Origin: Vicinamibacterales bacterium
Lineage (GTDB): Bacteria > Acidobacteriota > Vicinamibacteria > Vicinamibacterales > UBA8438
Length of the DNA: 64,000 nt
Direction: 5' to 3'
Assembly: GCA_965207265.1 (NCBI GenBank)
Contig: OZ242279.1
Location: 4,049,691-4,113,690, forward strand
Positions 1-10,440 of the stretch are shown piece by piece. Under the pieces are notes generated by a model that was given only the letters and a program-made list of their open reading frames with translations, had not been told where the DNA came from and searched no databases. The first letter of the stretch is position 1; each line of letters begins with the position of its first letter. Both the position numbers and the translations under genes were made by a program.

Positions 1-381
1 ATCATCTGCGCCGCCGCGGTGGCGCTGGCGGCGTTCTGGACCGCCGATACGGTGCTGAACGCCGCACCGCTGTCGCTGCTCGGCGTCGAGGGCCTGTGGG
101 ACGTCGGCAGCGTACCGCTGCTGGCGCTCGTATACGGGGCGGTCACGATCGCCGCGGCCCCGATCGTCAACCTGCTGTCACGCTGGCACGAGCGCAGAGC
201 CGACCGCTACGCGCTGCGCGTGACCGGCAATCTCGAGGCGTTCGTATCCGGACTCCGCAGGGTCAGCGCGCAGTATCTGGCCGAGGAGCGCCCCCCGCGG
301 CTCGTCGAGTGGTTCTTCCATTCGCACCCCTCGCTGGCCGCCCGCATGGCGGGAGCCCGCGCCGCGGCCTCCAAGAGTTAG
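1..381 (+). CDS. M48-family (HtpX/Ste24-like) metallopeptidase, C-terminal part; the 5' end lies outside the window
   Basis: The frame is open to the window edge. The tail ...HERRADRYA...FFHSHPSLAARM resembles the C-terminal E..AD / HP...R block of M48 peptidases. The HExxH motif would lie upstream of the window. Confidence 0.55.
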   Translation: MICAAAVALAAFWTADTVLNAAPLSLLGVEGLWDVGSVPLLALVYGAVTIAAAPIVNLLSRWHERRADRYALRVTGNLEAFVSGLRRVSAQYLAEERPPRLVEWFFHSHPSLAARMAGARAAASKS

Positions 382-455
382 GGTTAGGAGCCAGGGGTTC
401 TGCGCTGGCGTTACCTTGGGGTCGCGACGCGACGAATAGGCCGCGTTGGGAGTTT

Positions 456-478
456 GCCGGCGCGAACTCGTGGCCGGC
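456..478 (-). terminator. GC hairpin just 3' of pnp (GCCGGC-11 nt-GCCGGC); no U-tract
   Basis: The inverted repeat was read directly and lies 5 nt beyond the pnp stop at 483. The flanking CGCGTTGGGAGTTTGCCGGCGCGAA recurs 3' of xseA at 24467-24491. Confidence 0.4.
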
Positions 479-482
479 ATGG

Positions 483-2690
483 TTATCGACGCGCGGGCTC
501 GCGGTTGCCGCGCTGTCGCGGGGGACGAGACGATCCGCCGCCCGGTGCTCCGCCGCGGCGGTCCGGGCGGTGAGACTGGCCGTCGCTCTTGTCGCCGTTG
601 TCGGACGATCCGCCCGGCAGCAGGGCCTTGCGACTCAACCGGACCTTGCCGGAGGGGTCGACGTTGATGACCTTCACCAGCACCTGGTCGCCTTCGGTCA
701 GCTCGTTGCGCACCTCGTTCACGCGGTAGTGTGCGATCTCGGAGACGTGGAGGAGTCCGTCGATGCCGGGCAGAATCTCCACGAACGCCCCGAAGTCGGT
801 GATGCGCTGCACCTTGCCGAGGTAGGTCTTGTTCAGCTCGGGACTCGCCGTCAGCTCTTCGATGATGGCGATGGCCTTCTGCGCCGAGTCTTCGTCCGTC
901 GATGCCACGTTGACCCGGCCGTCGTCCTCGACGTCGATCTTGACGCCGGTGCGGTCGATGATGCTGCGGATGGTCTTTCCGCCCGGTCCGATCACGTCGC
1001 GAATCTTGTCGACCGGAATCTGAATCGTCACGATGCGCGGGGCGTGCGTGGAGATGGATTCGCGCGGCGTCGAGATCGTGACGCCCATCTTCTCCAGAAT
1101 GTGAAGTCTGCCGGCCCGCGCCTGGTCGAGTGCTTCGCGCATGATCTCCGTCGTAATCCCGGAGACCTTGATGTCCATCTGCAGCGCGGTGATGCCCTCG
1201 CTGGTACCGGCGACCTTGAAATCCATGTCGCCGTAGTGATCCTCGGCGCCCGCGATGTCGGAGAGAATGGCGTGCCGGCCGTTCGCCTCGTCGAGGATCA
1301 GTCCCATCGCGATTCCGGCCACGGGACGCTTCATGGGCACGCCGGCGTCCATCAACGCGAGGGCGCCGCCGCAGACGCTGGCCATGGACGACGAGCCGTT
1401 GGATTCGAGAATGTCCGAGACGACGCGTAGTGTGTAGGGGAACTCTTCCTCACTCGGAATCATCGGCGCCAGGCTGCGCTCCGCGAGGTGGCCGTGTCCG
1501 ATCTCCCGCCGCCCCGGCCCGCGCAGGAACTTCACCTCGCCGACCGAGAAGGGCGGGAAGTTGTAGTGCAGCATGAAGCGCTTGTAGGTCTCCCCGTCGA
1601 CCGCCTCGATCTTCTGCTGGTCGTCGGCCGTGCCGAGAGTAGCCGAGACGAGCGCCTGGGTCTCCCCGCGCGTGAACACCGCAGACCCGTGGGCGCGGGG
1701 CAGCACGCCGACGTCCGAGGAGATGTCGCGGACCTGATCGAACGCCCGACCATCGAGACGGCGGCCCACATCGAGGACCTCGTCGCGCAGGACCTTCTCC
1801 TTCAACTCCTTGAACACCGCCTTGGCGTCCGCGCGGCGCTCCGGATCGTCGTCGGGTATCGACGCGAGCAGGTCGTCGAGCGCACGATCTACTTCGGCAT
1901 AGCTCTCGAGCTTGTCCTTGACGCGCATCGCGTCGGCGAGCGGTGCGAGTGCCTGAGCCTCGATCTCCTGGCGGACGTCCGCCGCCACCTCTCTGGCGAC
2001 GACGGCCGTCTTCGGCTTTCCGACGGCCGCGGCCATGGCCTCGATAGCGTCGATGATGTCCCGGATGGCCGCATGGCCCGCCTCGAGAGCGCCGAGCATG
2101 ACGTCCTCGGGCACCTCCCGGGCTCCCGCTTCGACCATCACTATCGCGGCGCGGCTGCCGGCAACGATGAGATCGAGGTCGCTCTGCTTGCGTTCCGGGT
2201 ACGTCGGATTGATCACGAACGCCCCGTCGAGCACGCCGACACGGACCGCGGCGATGGGGTGTGCGACGGGAAGTGACGATATGGCGAGGGCGGCCGACGC
2301 TCCGGTCAGGGCGAGCACGTCGGAATCGTTCTCGGGATCGGCGGACAGGAGCAGCGCGATTATCTGTGTCTCCCGCGTCCATCCGTCAGGAAACAACGGC
2401 CGGAAGGGCCGGTCGATGAGCCGGCTCGTCAGAACTTCCTTCTCGGTCGGCTTGCCTTCCCGTTTGAAGAAGCCGCCGGGGATTCGGCCCGAGGCGTAGG
2501 CGTACTCCCGGTAGTCGACCGTGAGCGGCAGGAAGTCGATGCCCTCGCGCGCTGTCGCAGCGGCGCAGGCCGTGACGATGACGAACGTGTCGCCGTAGCG
2601 CACGGTGACGGCGCCGTCCGCCTGTTTGGCCAGCTTGCCGGTCTCGATCGTGAGGGTGGATCGGCCGACTTCAACCTGGGCCGTGTGCAT
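483..2690 (-). CDS. pnp: polynucleotide phosphorylase (PNPase)
   Basis: 735 aa. It shows two RNase PH-like halves plus KH and S1 regions (…[31 protein letters not shown]…), and the N-terminus is typical of PNPase. It sits downstream of rpsO as in most bacteria. Confidence 0.95.
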   Translation of the reverse strand: MHTAQVEVGRSTLTIETGKLAKQADGAVTVRYGDTFVIVTACAAATAREGIDFLPLTVDYREYAYASGRIPGGFFKREGKPTEKEVLTSRLIDRPFRPLFPDGWTRETQIIALLLSADPENDSDVLALTGASAALAISSLPVAHPIAAVRVGVLDGAFVINPTYPERKQSDLDLIVAGSRAAIVMVEAGAREVPEDVMLGALEAGHAAIRDIIDAIEAMAAAVGKPKTAVVAREVAADVRQEIEAQALAPLADAMRVKDKLESYAEVDRALDDLLASIPDDDPERRADAKAVFKELKEKVLRDEVLDVGRRLDGRAFDQVRDISSDVGVLPRAHGSAVFTRGETQALVSATLGTADDQQKIEAVDGETYKRFMLHYNFPPFSVGEVKFLRGPGRREIGHGHLAERSLAPMIPSEEEFPYTLRVVSDILESNGSSSMASVCGGALALMDAGVPMKRPVAGIAMGLILDEANGRHAILSDIAGAEDHYGDMDFKVAGTSEGITALQMDIKVSGITTEIMREALDQARAGRLHILEKMGVTISTPRESISTHAPRIVTIQIPVDKIRDVIGPGGKTIRSIIDRTGVKIDVEDDGRVNVASTDEDSAQKAIAIIEELTASPELNKTYLGKVQRITDFGAFVEILPGIDGLLHVSEIAHYRVNEVRNELTEGDQVLVKVINVDPSGKVRLSRKALLPGGSSDNGDKSDGQSHRPDRRGGAPGGGSSRPPRQRGNREPARR

Positions 2691-2786
2691 GGGGATGGGC
2701 TCCAGTTCTCGGGACGACTCATGGTCCCGGCGCGTTGCGCGGAGAGGCGGGCAGCGGTCTCGTCGGGACCGGTCGTTGTCTCGCGC

Positions 2787-3062
2787 CTACTTGCGGATGC
2801 CGAGCCGCTTGATCAGGTCCGCGTATCGCTCGGTATCCTTGCCTTTGAGGTAGTCGAGGAGGCGACGACGCCGACCGACGAGTTGCAGCAGGCCACGACG
2901 TGAGTGGTGATCCTTGGCGTGGGTCTTGAAGTGCTCCGTCAGATAGGTGATGCGTTCGCTGAGAATCGCGATCTGTACCTGCGGGGAGCCGGTATCGCTG
3001 TCGTGCAGCCGATACGAGCCAATCAATTCAGACTTCCGCTCCTTGGCCAGCGCCACGTGCAA
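2787..3062 (-). CDS. rpsO: 30S ribosomal protein S15
   Basis: 91 aa with a …[35 protein letters not shown]… signature. TTG start. Confidence 0.95.
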   Translation of the reverse strand: MHVALAKERKSELIGSYRLHDSDTGSPQVQIAILSERITYLTEHFKTHAKDHHSRRGLLQLVGRRRRLLDYLKGKDTERYADLIKRLGIRK

Positions 3063-3110
3063 CTACCTCTCTACTCTTGCTTTACTCGACTCTATGTTCA
3101 ACACGTGATC

Positions 3111-4064
3111 CTACACTAGAACGATTGTCGGGTGCAAAAGCCGCGCGGCGTCCGCTTTCGCGATGGCGATCAGCAGACCCTCGCCGTCGTAGAGCTTCGC
3201 CGTCGCCGCTCCGGAGGAGACCGCGCTCGAGGCCCAGTCGGCGCTCGACGAGACGACGTCGGCAACGGTCAGGTCGTTGCCGTGCCGCGCCCGCCGTGCT
3301 CCGTGCTCGGTCAGCACCAGTCGCGGGAGTTCCGGCAACAGCTCGGCGAGCGGCACCATCCGGTCCGCGACGGCGGGACCTCGGGAGTCGATCTCCTCGA
3401 TCGAGACCGCGCCGCGCAGATCGAACGCCCCGTTGCGGTGCCGCCGCAGCGTTTCCAGGCAGCCTCCGCAACCGAGCGCCGCGCCGAGGTCGTGCGCGAA
3501 CGCGCGCATGTAGAAGCCCGGGTCGCAGGTGACGCGGCACCGCACCCGCGTGCCGTCGACCGCCAGCACGGCGGCGGAATGCACGGTCACCTCGACCGGG
3601 TCGGGCGCGACCGGCTGGTTCCTCCGGGCAAGCTTGTAGGCCCGGACGCCGCGGATCTTCTTGGCCGAGAACGGAGGGGGGCGCTGCGGCCGGGTACCCA
3701 CGAAAGCCGCCATCGCCCGTTCGATGGCCGCCGGGTTCGGGGCGTTCACGAGGCCGGTGCCCATCCTGTCCCGCGCGTCCGCGGTGATCGTGCCGGTGGC
3801 GTCGTAGGTGTCGGTCGAGATGCCGAGCAGGATGCATCCCTCGTAGGTCTTGCGTCCCGCCGAGAGGAGAGACGCAAGGCGCGTCGCCCTTCCTACGACG
3901 AGTGGCAGCACGCCGGTGGCCAGCGGATCCAGCGTGCCGATGTGACCGACCCGTTTGACCCCGATTGACCGGCGGGCGTGTGCCACGACGTCGTGCGACG
4001 TCAGGCCGGAGGGTTTGTCGACGACCAGAACCCCATCCATCTCAGGATCCGGGTGCGGCCGCAA
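3111..4064 (-). CDS. truB: tRNA pseudouridine(55) synthase TruB
   Basis: GVLVVDKPSGLTSHDVV…HIGTLDPLATGVLPLVVG motif containing the catalytic Asp. An alternative start at Met9 (4040) would remove the overlap with nrnA. Confidence 0.9.
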   Translation of the reverse strand: MRPHPDPEMDGVLVVDKPSGLTSHDVVAHARRSIGVKRVGHIGTLDPLATGVLPLVVGRATRLASLLSAGRKTYEGCILLGISTDTYDATGTITADARDRMGTGLVNAPNPAAIERAMAAFVGTRPQRPPPFSAKKIRGVRAYKLARRNQPVAPDPVEVTVHSAAVLAVDGTRVRCRVTCDPGFYMRAFAHDLGAALGCGGCLETLRRHRNGAFDLRGAVSIEEIDSRGPAVADRMVPLAELLPELPRLVLTEHGARRARHGNDLTVADVVSSSADWASSAVSSGAATAKLYDGEGLLIAIAKADAARLLHPTIVLV

Positions 4065-5034
4065 CGTGCGTCCCGGATTCCGTGACGGCCGCTACGGTGC
4101 GCGCCAGCAGCCGCGCCTCGACGTCCGGCCCGGGTACGTCCAGGGTGCATCCGGCGGCATTGCGATGACCGCCGCCGCCGAACGCCGCGGCAACCGCACG
4201 AACGTCGACGAGCCCCTTCGATCGCAGGCTGACCCGGGTGGCTCCGTCGAGCGTCCGGAGCATGATCACGGCTTCGACGTCGCGGGCGGCCAGGGGCAGG
4301 TTGATGACGCCCTCCATATCGTCGGGCGGGCAGCCGGTCTCGCGAAGCAGCGCCTCGTCGATGCGCAGGACGGCCACGCAGCCGTCCGCCTCGAGGCGCA
4401 TCTCGTTCAGCAACCGGCCCGTCAGACGGAGCTTGCCGAGCGAGCTGTTCTGGTAGATCGCGGCCGCCAGGGCCGCGACGTCGACGCCGCAGGCGGCCAC
4501 GTCCCGGCAGGTCTCGAACGTGCGGGCGGTGATGTTGGCATGCCGGAACGAGCCCGTGTCCGTCAGGATGCCGGCGTACAGCGCGGCCCCGATGGCCGGC
4601 GTCAACGCGACGTCCAGCGCGGCGATCAGGTCATGGACCATTTCCGCGCAAGCCGCGGCGGTCGGGTCGAACCAGTTGAGCGCGCCGTACATCGCGTTGC
4701 CGGCGTGGTGATCGATGTTGACGACGGGCTGGCGGTCCAGCCCGGCGACCTCCGTGCGCTCCAGGGTTCCGCACTCCAGCACGACCGCGGCGTCGAAGCG
4801 TCCGTCCACGGCCGCGGCCACCTCGATCCCGTCCGCACCCGGGAGCGTTCGCAGGTAGGCGGGCGGTGCGTCATGGTTGACGATCCGGGCGGTCTTGCCG
4901 AGGGCGCGCAGCGCATGGGCCAGCGCCAACTGCGAGCCGATGGAATCGCCGTCCGGCCGGACGTGCGAGGCGAGCACGAAGCGCTCGCCGTCCAGCAGCG
5001 CGGTCGTGATGCGCGCAAGCGGGTCAGACGTCAT
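4042..5034 (-). CDS. nrnA: DHH-family phosphoesterase (NrnA-like oligoribonuclease/pAp phosphatase)
   Basis: Contains DGDSIGS, NIDHHAGN and GGGH motifs of the DHH/DHHA1 family. It occupies the conserved position between rbfA and truB. Confidence 0.8.
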   Translation of the reverse strand: MTSDPLARITTALLDGERFVLASHVRPDGDSIGSQLALAHALRALGKTARIVNHDAPPAYLRTLPGADGIEVAAAVDGRFDAAVVLECGTLERTEVAGLDRQPVVNIDHHAGNAMYGALNWFDPTAAACAEMVHDLIAALDVALTPAIGAALYAGILTDTGSFRHANITARTFETCRDVAACGVDVAALAAAIYQNSSLGKLRLTGRLLNEMRLEADGCVAVLRIDEALLRETGCPPDDMEGVINLPLAARDVEAVIMLRTLDGATRVSLRSKGLVDVRAVAAAFGGGGHRNAAGCTLDVPGPDVEARLLARTVAAVTESGTHVAAAPGS

Positions 5035-5434
5035 CTCTGTCTTCCGGTTCGATGGCCGGGTCGTCGCCGGCGTTACCGCCGGCTTCCCGGCGCTCCCGCG
5101 CGATGTCGTCGAAGAGTCGTGCGATGCGGTCCTGCCGCTCGGTGGAGTCGTCGTACAGGAACCTGATCTCCGGCACCTGCCGGAGCTGCAGGCGCTGTCC
5201 GATTTCGCGGCGCAGGTACGCCCGCGCCCGGCGCAGGCCGCGGGCTGCGGTCCGCCGGTCGCTGCTGGTGAGCAGCGTGTAGTAGACGCGGGCGAGCTGG
5301 AGGTCCGCCGTCATTCTGACGTCGGTGATCGTCACGCCGAGCACACCGGGATCGCGGACGTTGCGTGCCAGCAGCGTCGAGAGCTCCGTTCGGACGCGTT
5401 CCGCGACGCGCCGGGTGCGCGTGCCCTGGGTCAT
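5024..5434 (-). CDS. rbfA: ribosome-binding factor A
   Basis: The last 136 codons of listed ORF 5024..6259 (MTQGTRTRRVAERVRTELSTLL…VPEIRFLYDDS) match RbfA. The ATG at 5434 was verified in the sequence. The upstream part of the listed ORF is an alternate frame of infB. Confidence 0.9.
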   Translation of the reverse strand: MTQGTRTRRVAERVRTELSTLLARNVRDPGVLGVTITDVRMTADLQLARVYYTLLTSSDRRTAARGLRRARAYLRREIGQRLQLRQVPEIRFLYDDSTERQDRIARLFDDIARERREAGGNAGDDPAIEPEDRDDV

Positions 5435-5454
5435 GTGGTGTCCGGCGGTGTGCG

Positions 5455-5739
5455 TCAGCTCAGCCACTGCAGGTCGGTCGCCAGAACGAGGCCGGGATCG
5501 CGCCGTTCGATCTCCGTGAGGACGCCCTCGAGGACGCGATCCACGTGGTCCCGGTGCGACGCCACCGCCGCGACGCCGAGACGGGCGCGCTGGTGGGTTT
5601 CCAGGTGGTCGATCTCCGCCACCGAGACGTTGAGCTTCCGGACCCGATCCTTGACGCTCGCGAGGATGCGACGCTTGTCCTTCAGCGAGCGCGCACCGGG
5701 AATGTGGAGATCGACGGTCAGCAACCCGACGGCAGGCAT
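5455..5739 (-). CDS. DUF503 (YlxP-like) protein
   Basis: 94 aa, LLTVDLHIPGARSLKDKRR…. It has the typical position between infB and rbfA. Confidence 0.8.
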   Translation of the reverse strand: MPAVGLLTVDLHIPGARSLKDKRRILASVKDRVRKLNVSVAEIDHLETHQRARLGVAAVASHRDHVDRVLEGVLTEIERRDPGLVLATDLQWLS

Positions 5740-5772
5740 CGGTCCGGCGGCGACCGGCGGGGTCGCCCCTCG

Positions 5773-8700
5773 TCAGACGGTAGCGACGACCTTCTCCACG
5801 GTGAACGACTCGACGACGTCGCCGAGCTTCAGGTCGGCGAACCGCTCGAACGCCAGACCGCACTCCATTCCGCCCCGCACCTCGTTGACGTCGTCCTTGA
5901 AGCGCCGCAGGGATCCGATGCGTCCCTCGTGGACCACCACGCCGTCCCTCACAATCCGGGCCTGTGCGTCGCCGGCGCGCGTGATGATCCCCTCGGTGAC
6001 CATGCAGCCGGCCGCGGTGCCGAACTTCGGAATCTTGAACGTCTGCCGAATCTCGGCGGAGCCCAGCTTGACCTCCTTCATGGTCGGGTCGAGCAGTCCG
6101 GCCAGAGCCTTCTTGAGCTCGTCGGTCACGTCGTAGATCACCGAATGGAGGCGGATGTCGACGCCCTCGCGTTCGGCGACGCCGGTGGCGTTGCGATCGG
6201 GGCGCACGTTGAACCCGACGACGATCGCGTTCGAGGTCGAGGCGAGCAGCACGTCCCATTCGCTGATGGCGCCGACGCCGGTATGGATGATGCGCGTCTT
6301 GACGCGCTCGTCGCCCAGCTTGCCGAGCGAGTCGGCCAACACTTCCGCGGAGCCCTGCACGTCCGCCTTGATGATGATCGGCAGCTCCTTGGCCTCGCCC
6401 TCCGTCAACTGCTGCTGGAGAGACTCGAGCGTCAGCCGCTGGCCGCGGCCACCGAGGGCCTTCTCCTTGGCCTGGTTCTGCCGCAGCACCGCGATCTGGC
6501 GCGCCTTGGCGGCGTCCGTCACCGCCTGAAAGGCGTCGCCGGGCTGCGGCAGCCCGGTCAGGCCGAGTACCTCCACCGGGCTGGACGGACCCACCTCGTC
6601 GGTCTTCTGCAACCGGTCGTCCAGCAGCGCGCGCACGCGCCCGACCACCACCCCGGCAATGAAGTTGTCGCCGACGCGCAGCGTGCCGTCCTGCACCAGG
6701 ATCGTGGCGACCGGACCGCGGCCGCGGTCCACCTTGGCCTCGAGAACGGTGCCGGTCGCGGCCCGTTTCGGGTTCGCCTTCTGCTCCTCGAGCTCGGTCA
6801 CCAGCAGGATCATCTCCAGGAGCCCGTCGAGGTTGTCCCGCTTCTTCGCGGAGAGCGGCACGGTCACCGTCGACCCGCCCCAGTCCTCGGGGGTGAGCCC
6901 GCGCTCCGCCAACTCCTTCTTGACGCGGTCCAGGTTGGCGTCGGCCTTGTCGATCTTGTTGATGGCGACGATGATGGGAACCTTGGCCGCCTGTGCGTGG
7001 TCGATTGCTTCCTGCGTCTGCGGCATCACGCCGTCGTCGGCGGCCACGACCAGGATGACCACGTCGGTCACCTGGGCGCCGCGCGCACGCATCAGGGTGA
7101 ACGCCTCGTGCCCCGGTGTGTCGAGGAAGACGATCCGGCGGCCGTGCACCTCCACGGCGTACGCGCCGATGTGCTGCGTGATGCCGCCGGCCTCGCCCTC
7201 GGCGACCTTCGTCTCGCGGATGGCGTCGAGCAGCGTCGTCTTCCCGTGGTCGACGTGTCCCATGACCGTGACGACCGGGGCACGGACGATCAGATCGTCG
7301 GGCCTGGTCTCCTCGGCCTCGATGACCACCATCTCTTCCTCGAACGTGCGCATCTTCACGTCCGCCCCGAACTCCCGGGCGATGGTCGTCGCCGTCTCGG
7401 AGTCGAGCGTGGTGTTGATGGTCATCATCACACGCCGTTCGATCAGCTTCTTCAGGACGTCCTTCGGCTTGACCTCGAGGCGCTCCGCAAGATCCTTGAC
7501 GGTCATGCCCTCGGCCAGCGTGATGGTTCGTGTCACCGGGGGCGGCGGCGCCGGCGCGGCCGGTGTCTGTGTACGCGTTCGCCGGTACTGCGCACGGCGT
7601 CCGCCCGGCCTGTGGTGGGGCCTTGGAGGTGGACGGTAGCCGACCGCCGGGCGCGGCGGCAGCGGCCGCGGCGCCGCCGGCGGGCGCACGGGCTGAGACG
7701 GCAGCGGCCGCGGTCCTCCGAGCGGTGGTCTCGCGGCCGGGCCGGTCACTCCTGTGGCGACCTGCGGCGTGACCGGCCGCACGGGCGGTCTCGTAGCCAC
7801 CGGCGGCGTCGCGCGTGGCTTCACCGGCTTGGGTTCCTCGATGCGCAGGCGCAGTCGTGGCGGCACGACCCGCCCCGTCGGTCGCAATGCGAGTCCCGAT
7901 CCGGGACGTCTCGCCGGGCTCGGGACGGTGGGCTGCGCGGGTGCAGCCGCTCGTGGAGGCGCCGGCGGGGACGTCGCGGCAGGAGCCGGCGGCGTGGGAG
8001 GTGCAATCTTCGGGGCCGCAAGGGGTTTCGCTTCGGCGGCGGCTCGGGTCGTTTCCTCGGTCTGCTGTAGCGGCATGCCTTCCACTTCGATACGGGGCGG
8101 CTCGACCCTTGCCCGCGGAGTTTCTTCGATCGGTGCGGGGGCCGGGGCGACACTTGTGCGCGGGGTCTCCTCGACCCTCGTGTGCGCGGTTTCCTCGACC
8201 CTCGCGCGGGGAGTCTCCTCGACCCTGATGCGCGGAGATTCCTCGATTCTGATGCGCGGGGGCTCCTCCAACTTCTCGCGGGGCGGCGCGCTCTCCACGT
8301 GCGGAGTGCCCTCGGCCGCCTGCGGGGTCGCTTCGGCTCTTGCGGGAGGCGCTCCGGTCTCTGTGCGAGCCGCTTCCGCCAGCGGAGCGGGCGTCGGTTC
8401 GGTGGCTTCACCGGCTGGGGCGGGGGGCTCCTCCACGCGAATACGGGGCGTCTCGACCCGGAGCCGGGGTGCGCCCTCGACCCGCAGCCGAGGCGTCGCG
8501 GGGAGCGTCCGCGGTGGGGTCGGGGGCGGAGGCGAGGTCGGTTCCGTAGAGGCAGCGGCTGCTGCAGACACGCCGGCGCCGGGTGCACCGGCGCTCTCGA
8601 CGGCCGCCGCCGGCGGCGAAGCGGTGCCCGCCGGCACGTTCTCCGGCCCGGCGGCCTCCGGCTCGGCGGTACCGGCCGCCGTGGCCTCGGCTGCCGCTCT

Positions 8701-9021
8701 CGCGGCCTTGGCGGACTTCACCAGCCGCGGCGGCCCCAGCTTGGGCGCGGTCGGCGCGGCGGCTTCCGGCGCGGCCCCGCCTCGCCCCCCGCGCTTGGAG
8801 GCGGTCCGCTGCGAGAAGAGCGAACCGGCCGGCAGGGTGACGTTGCGTTTGCGCGCAATCCGTTCGGCGAACTGCCGGGCCACGATCTCCTCGACGGTGC
8901 TCGACGCGCTCTTGGCCTCGATCCCGTGCTGCGTACGCAGCAACTGGACGACTTCCTGACTCGGAATCCCGAGGACCTCGGCGATCTTGTAGATGCGAAT
9001 TGTGCCCACGGGCGCTCTCAC
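5773..9021 (-). CDS. infB: translation initiation factor IF-2 with a long Pro/Ala/Arg-rich repeat-bearing N-terminal extension
   Basis: GTPase core VVTVMGHVDHGKTTLLD…DTPGHEAF…NKID and the C-terminal domains are present. The GTG start forms a GTGA overlap with the nusA stop. Confidence 0.95.
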   Translation of the reverse strand: MRAPVGTIRIYKIAEVLGIPSQEVVQLLRTQHGIEAKSASSTVEEIVARQFAERIARKRNVTLPAGSLFSQRTASKRGGRGGAAPEAAAPTAPKLGPPRLVKSAKAARAAAEATAAGTAEPEAAGPENVPAGTASPPAAAVESAGAPGAGVSAAAAASTEPTSPPPPTPPRTLPATPRLRVEGAPRLRVETPRIRVEEPPAPAGEATEPTPAPLAEAARTETGAPPARAEATPQAAEGTPHVESAPPREKLEEPPRIRIEESPRIRVEETPRARVEETAHTRVEETPRTSVAPAPAPIEETPRARVEPPRIEVEGMPLQQTEETTRAAAEAKPLAAPKIAPPTPPAPAATSPPAPPRAAAPAQPTVPSPARRPGSGLALRPTGRVVPPRLRLRIEEPKPVKPRATPPVATRPPVRPVTPQVATGVTGPAARPPLGGPRPLPSQPVRPPAAPRPLPPRPAVGYRPPPRPHHRPGGRRAQYRRTRTQTPAAPAPPPPVTRTITLAEGMTVKDLAERLEVKPKDVLKKLIERRVMMTINTTLDSETATTIAREFGADVKMRTFEEEMVVIEAEETRPDDLIVRAPVVTVMGHVDHGKTTLLDAIRETKVAEGEAGGITQHIGAYAVEVHGRRIVFLDTPGHEAFTLMRARGAQVTDVVILVVAADDGVMPQTQEAIDHAQAAKVPIIVAINKIDKADANLDRVKKELAERGLTPEDWGGSTVTVPLSAKKRDNLDGLLEMILLVTELEEQKANPKRAATGTVLEAKVDRGRGPVATILVQDGTLRVGDNFIAGVVVGRVRALLDDRLQKTDEVGPSSPVEVLGLTGLPQPGDAFQAVTDAAKARQIAVLRQNQAKEKALGGRGQRLTLESLQQQLTEGEAKELPIIIKADVQGSAEVLADSLGKLGDERVKTRIIHTGVGAISEWDVLLASTSNAIVVGFNVRPDRNATGVAEREGVDIRLHSVIYDVTDELKKALAGLLDPTMKEVKLGSAEIRQTFKIPKFGTAAGCMVTEGIITRAGDAQARIVRDGVVVHEGRIGSLRRFKDDVNEVRGGMECGLAFERFADLKLGDVVESFTVEKVVATV
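8074..8493 (-). repeat. in-frame octapeptide repeats inside infB (E-E-T/S/P-P-R-x-R-V, about 10 units)
   Basis: The protein reads PRLRVEGAPRLRVETPRIRVEE…EEPPRIRIEESPRIRVEETPRARVEETAHTRVEETPRTSV…EETPRARVEPPRIEVE. The matching ~24-nt DNA periodicity is visible at 8100-8280. Confidence 0.8.
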
Positions 9022-10400
9022 TCCGCTGTCGGTGTCTCGCCGGGCGTGTCCGCCGGCGCTTCGGGCGTCGTCCCCGCCGGATCGACCGTCGACAAATCAC
9101 CGGTCTCGTCCGGTGCCCGGACGGCTCTTGCGGCAGCGTCGACCTGTTCCCGAACGGCGGCCTGCAGATCCGTGGCCGTTGCCTCGTCCACGCCCGCCAC
9201 CTCGGCCAACTCGGACGTTGCGACTTCCAGCAGGCGGTCGGCCGTTTCCAGCCCCGCCTCGCTCAGCCGCAGGAGCTGCTCAGCGTCGAGTCCGGGCAGT
9301 GTGAGGGTGCCGGCTTCCTCGCCCTCCTCGAGCTCGTCGAACCGGGCTTCGACCTCACGCCGCTTCTCTTCCTCGCTCTTGATGTCGATCTTCCAGCCGG
9401 TCAGCTTGGCCGCCAGGCGGACGTTCTGGCCCTTCTTGCCGATCGCGAGCGAAAGCTGGCGATCTTCCACGACCACTTCGACGATCGGTTCCTCGCTGTC
9501 GACCACGGTCACCCGTTGCACCCTCGCCGGGCTGATGGCGTTGGTGACGAAGACGACGGGATCGTCCGACCATTCGACGATGTCGATCTTCTCGCCGCGC
9601 AATTCCCGGATGATCGCCTGCACCCGCGTGCCCTTCATTCCCACGCAGGCGCCGACCGGATCGACGTCGCGCTCGCGCGAATGGACGGCGACCTTGGCCC
9701 TGTCGCCGGCCTCGCGGACCGCTCCGCGGATGGTGACGGTCCCGTCGTAGATCTCGGGCACCTCCTGCTCGAACATCTTGACCAGCAGCGTGGGGTCGGT
9801 CCGCGACAGGATGATCTGGGGTCCCTTGGTGTTCTTGTTGACCTCGCGAATGACCGCTCGGATGCGGTCGCCGGTCGTGTAGTTCTCGGCGCGCGACTGC
9901 TCCCGCCGCGGAAGCAGCGCCTCCACGCGCTCGGCGTCGACGACGATGTCGCCGTTCTCGAACCGCTTGACCGTGCCGTTGACGACCTCGCTGACGCGGT
10001 CGCTGTAGAGGGCGTAGACGTTGTCGCGTTCCGCCTCGCGCACCTTCTGGAAGATCACCTGCTTCGCGGTCTGCGCGGCGATACGCCCGAGCACCCCCTT
10101 GATCTGCTTGGGAAACTCGATCTCCATGTCGACTTCCGCCTCGTCGCCGTACAGCTCCTGCGCCTCGGCGAGCGAGATTTCCGTCAGCGGATCGGTGACC
10201 TCGTCGACGATCTGGCGCACCGAGAACAGCTCCACCTCACCCGTCGCATGATCGAACTTCGTCCGCAGGTTTTCGGTCGACTTGTAGTGCTTGCGCGAGG
10301 CGGTCAGCACCGCGTCCTCGATGGCCGTGACGATGACGTCGGGCTCGATGCCCTTCTCCTTGGCCAGCGCGTCGATCATCTGTTGCAGCGGATTGCTCAT
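9018..10400 (-). CDS. nusA: transcription termination/antitermination factor NusA
   Basis: 460 aa with S1 and two KH regions (…RGAVREAGDRAKVAVHS…, …LSLAIGKKGQNVRLAAKLTGWKIDIKSE…) and an acidic C-terminal tail. Confidence 0.95.
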   Translation of the reverse strand: MSNPLQQMIDALAKEKGIEPDVIVTAIEDAVLTASRKHYKSTENLRTKFDHATGEVELFSVRQIVDEVTDPLTEISLAEAQELYGDEAEVDMEIEFPKQIKGVLGRIAAQTAKQVIFQKVREAERDNVYALYSDRVSEVVNGTVKRFENGDIVVDAERVEALLPRREQSRAENYTTGDRIRAVIREVNKNTKGPQIILSRTDPTLLVKMFEQEVPEIYDGTVTIRGAVREAGDRAKVAVHSRERDVDPVGACVGMKGTRVQAIIRELRGEKIDIVEWSDDPVVFVTNAISPARVQRVTVVDSEEPIVEVVVEDRQLSLAIGKKGQNVRLAAKLTGWKIDIKSEEEKRREVEARFDELEEGEEAGTLTLPGLDAEQLLRLSEAGLETADRLLEVATSELAEVAGVDEATATDLQAAVREQVDAAARAVRAPDETGDLSTVDPAGTTPEAPADTPGETPTAE

Positions 10401-10440
10401 TACCTGTTCTCGCGCGCCGGCTCCTGCCCGCGCGACGACT

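Noticed and set aside
5365-8070. Very long alternate-strand or alternate-frame ORFs. Examples: 96..1430, 5365..8070, 21675..23000, 31436..34243, 34053..36152, 39245..41224, 42018..44177, 44792..46999, 54002..56101, 54297..56147.
   Set aside because: They overlap well-supported genes (pnp, infB, nadK/tlyA, acnA, pepF, acs, glcB and the propeller protein). Their translations are Arg/Gly/Pro/Ala-rich with no recognisable motifs. Stop-poor shadow ORFs of this kind are typical of high-GC DNA.
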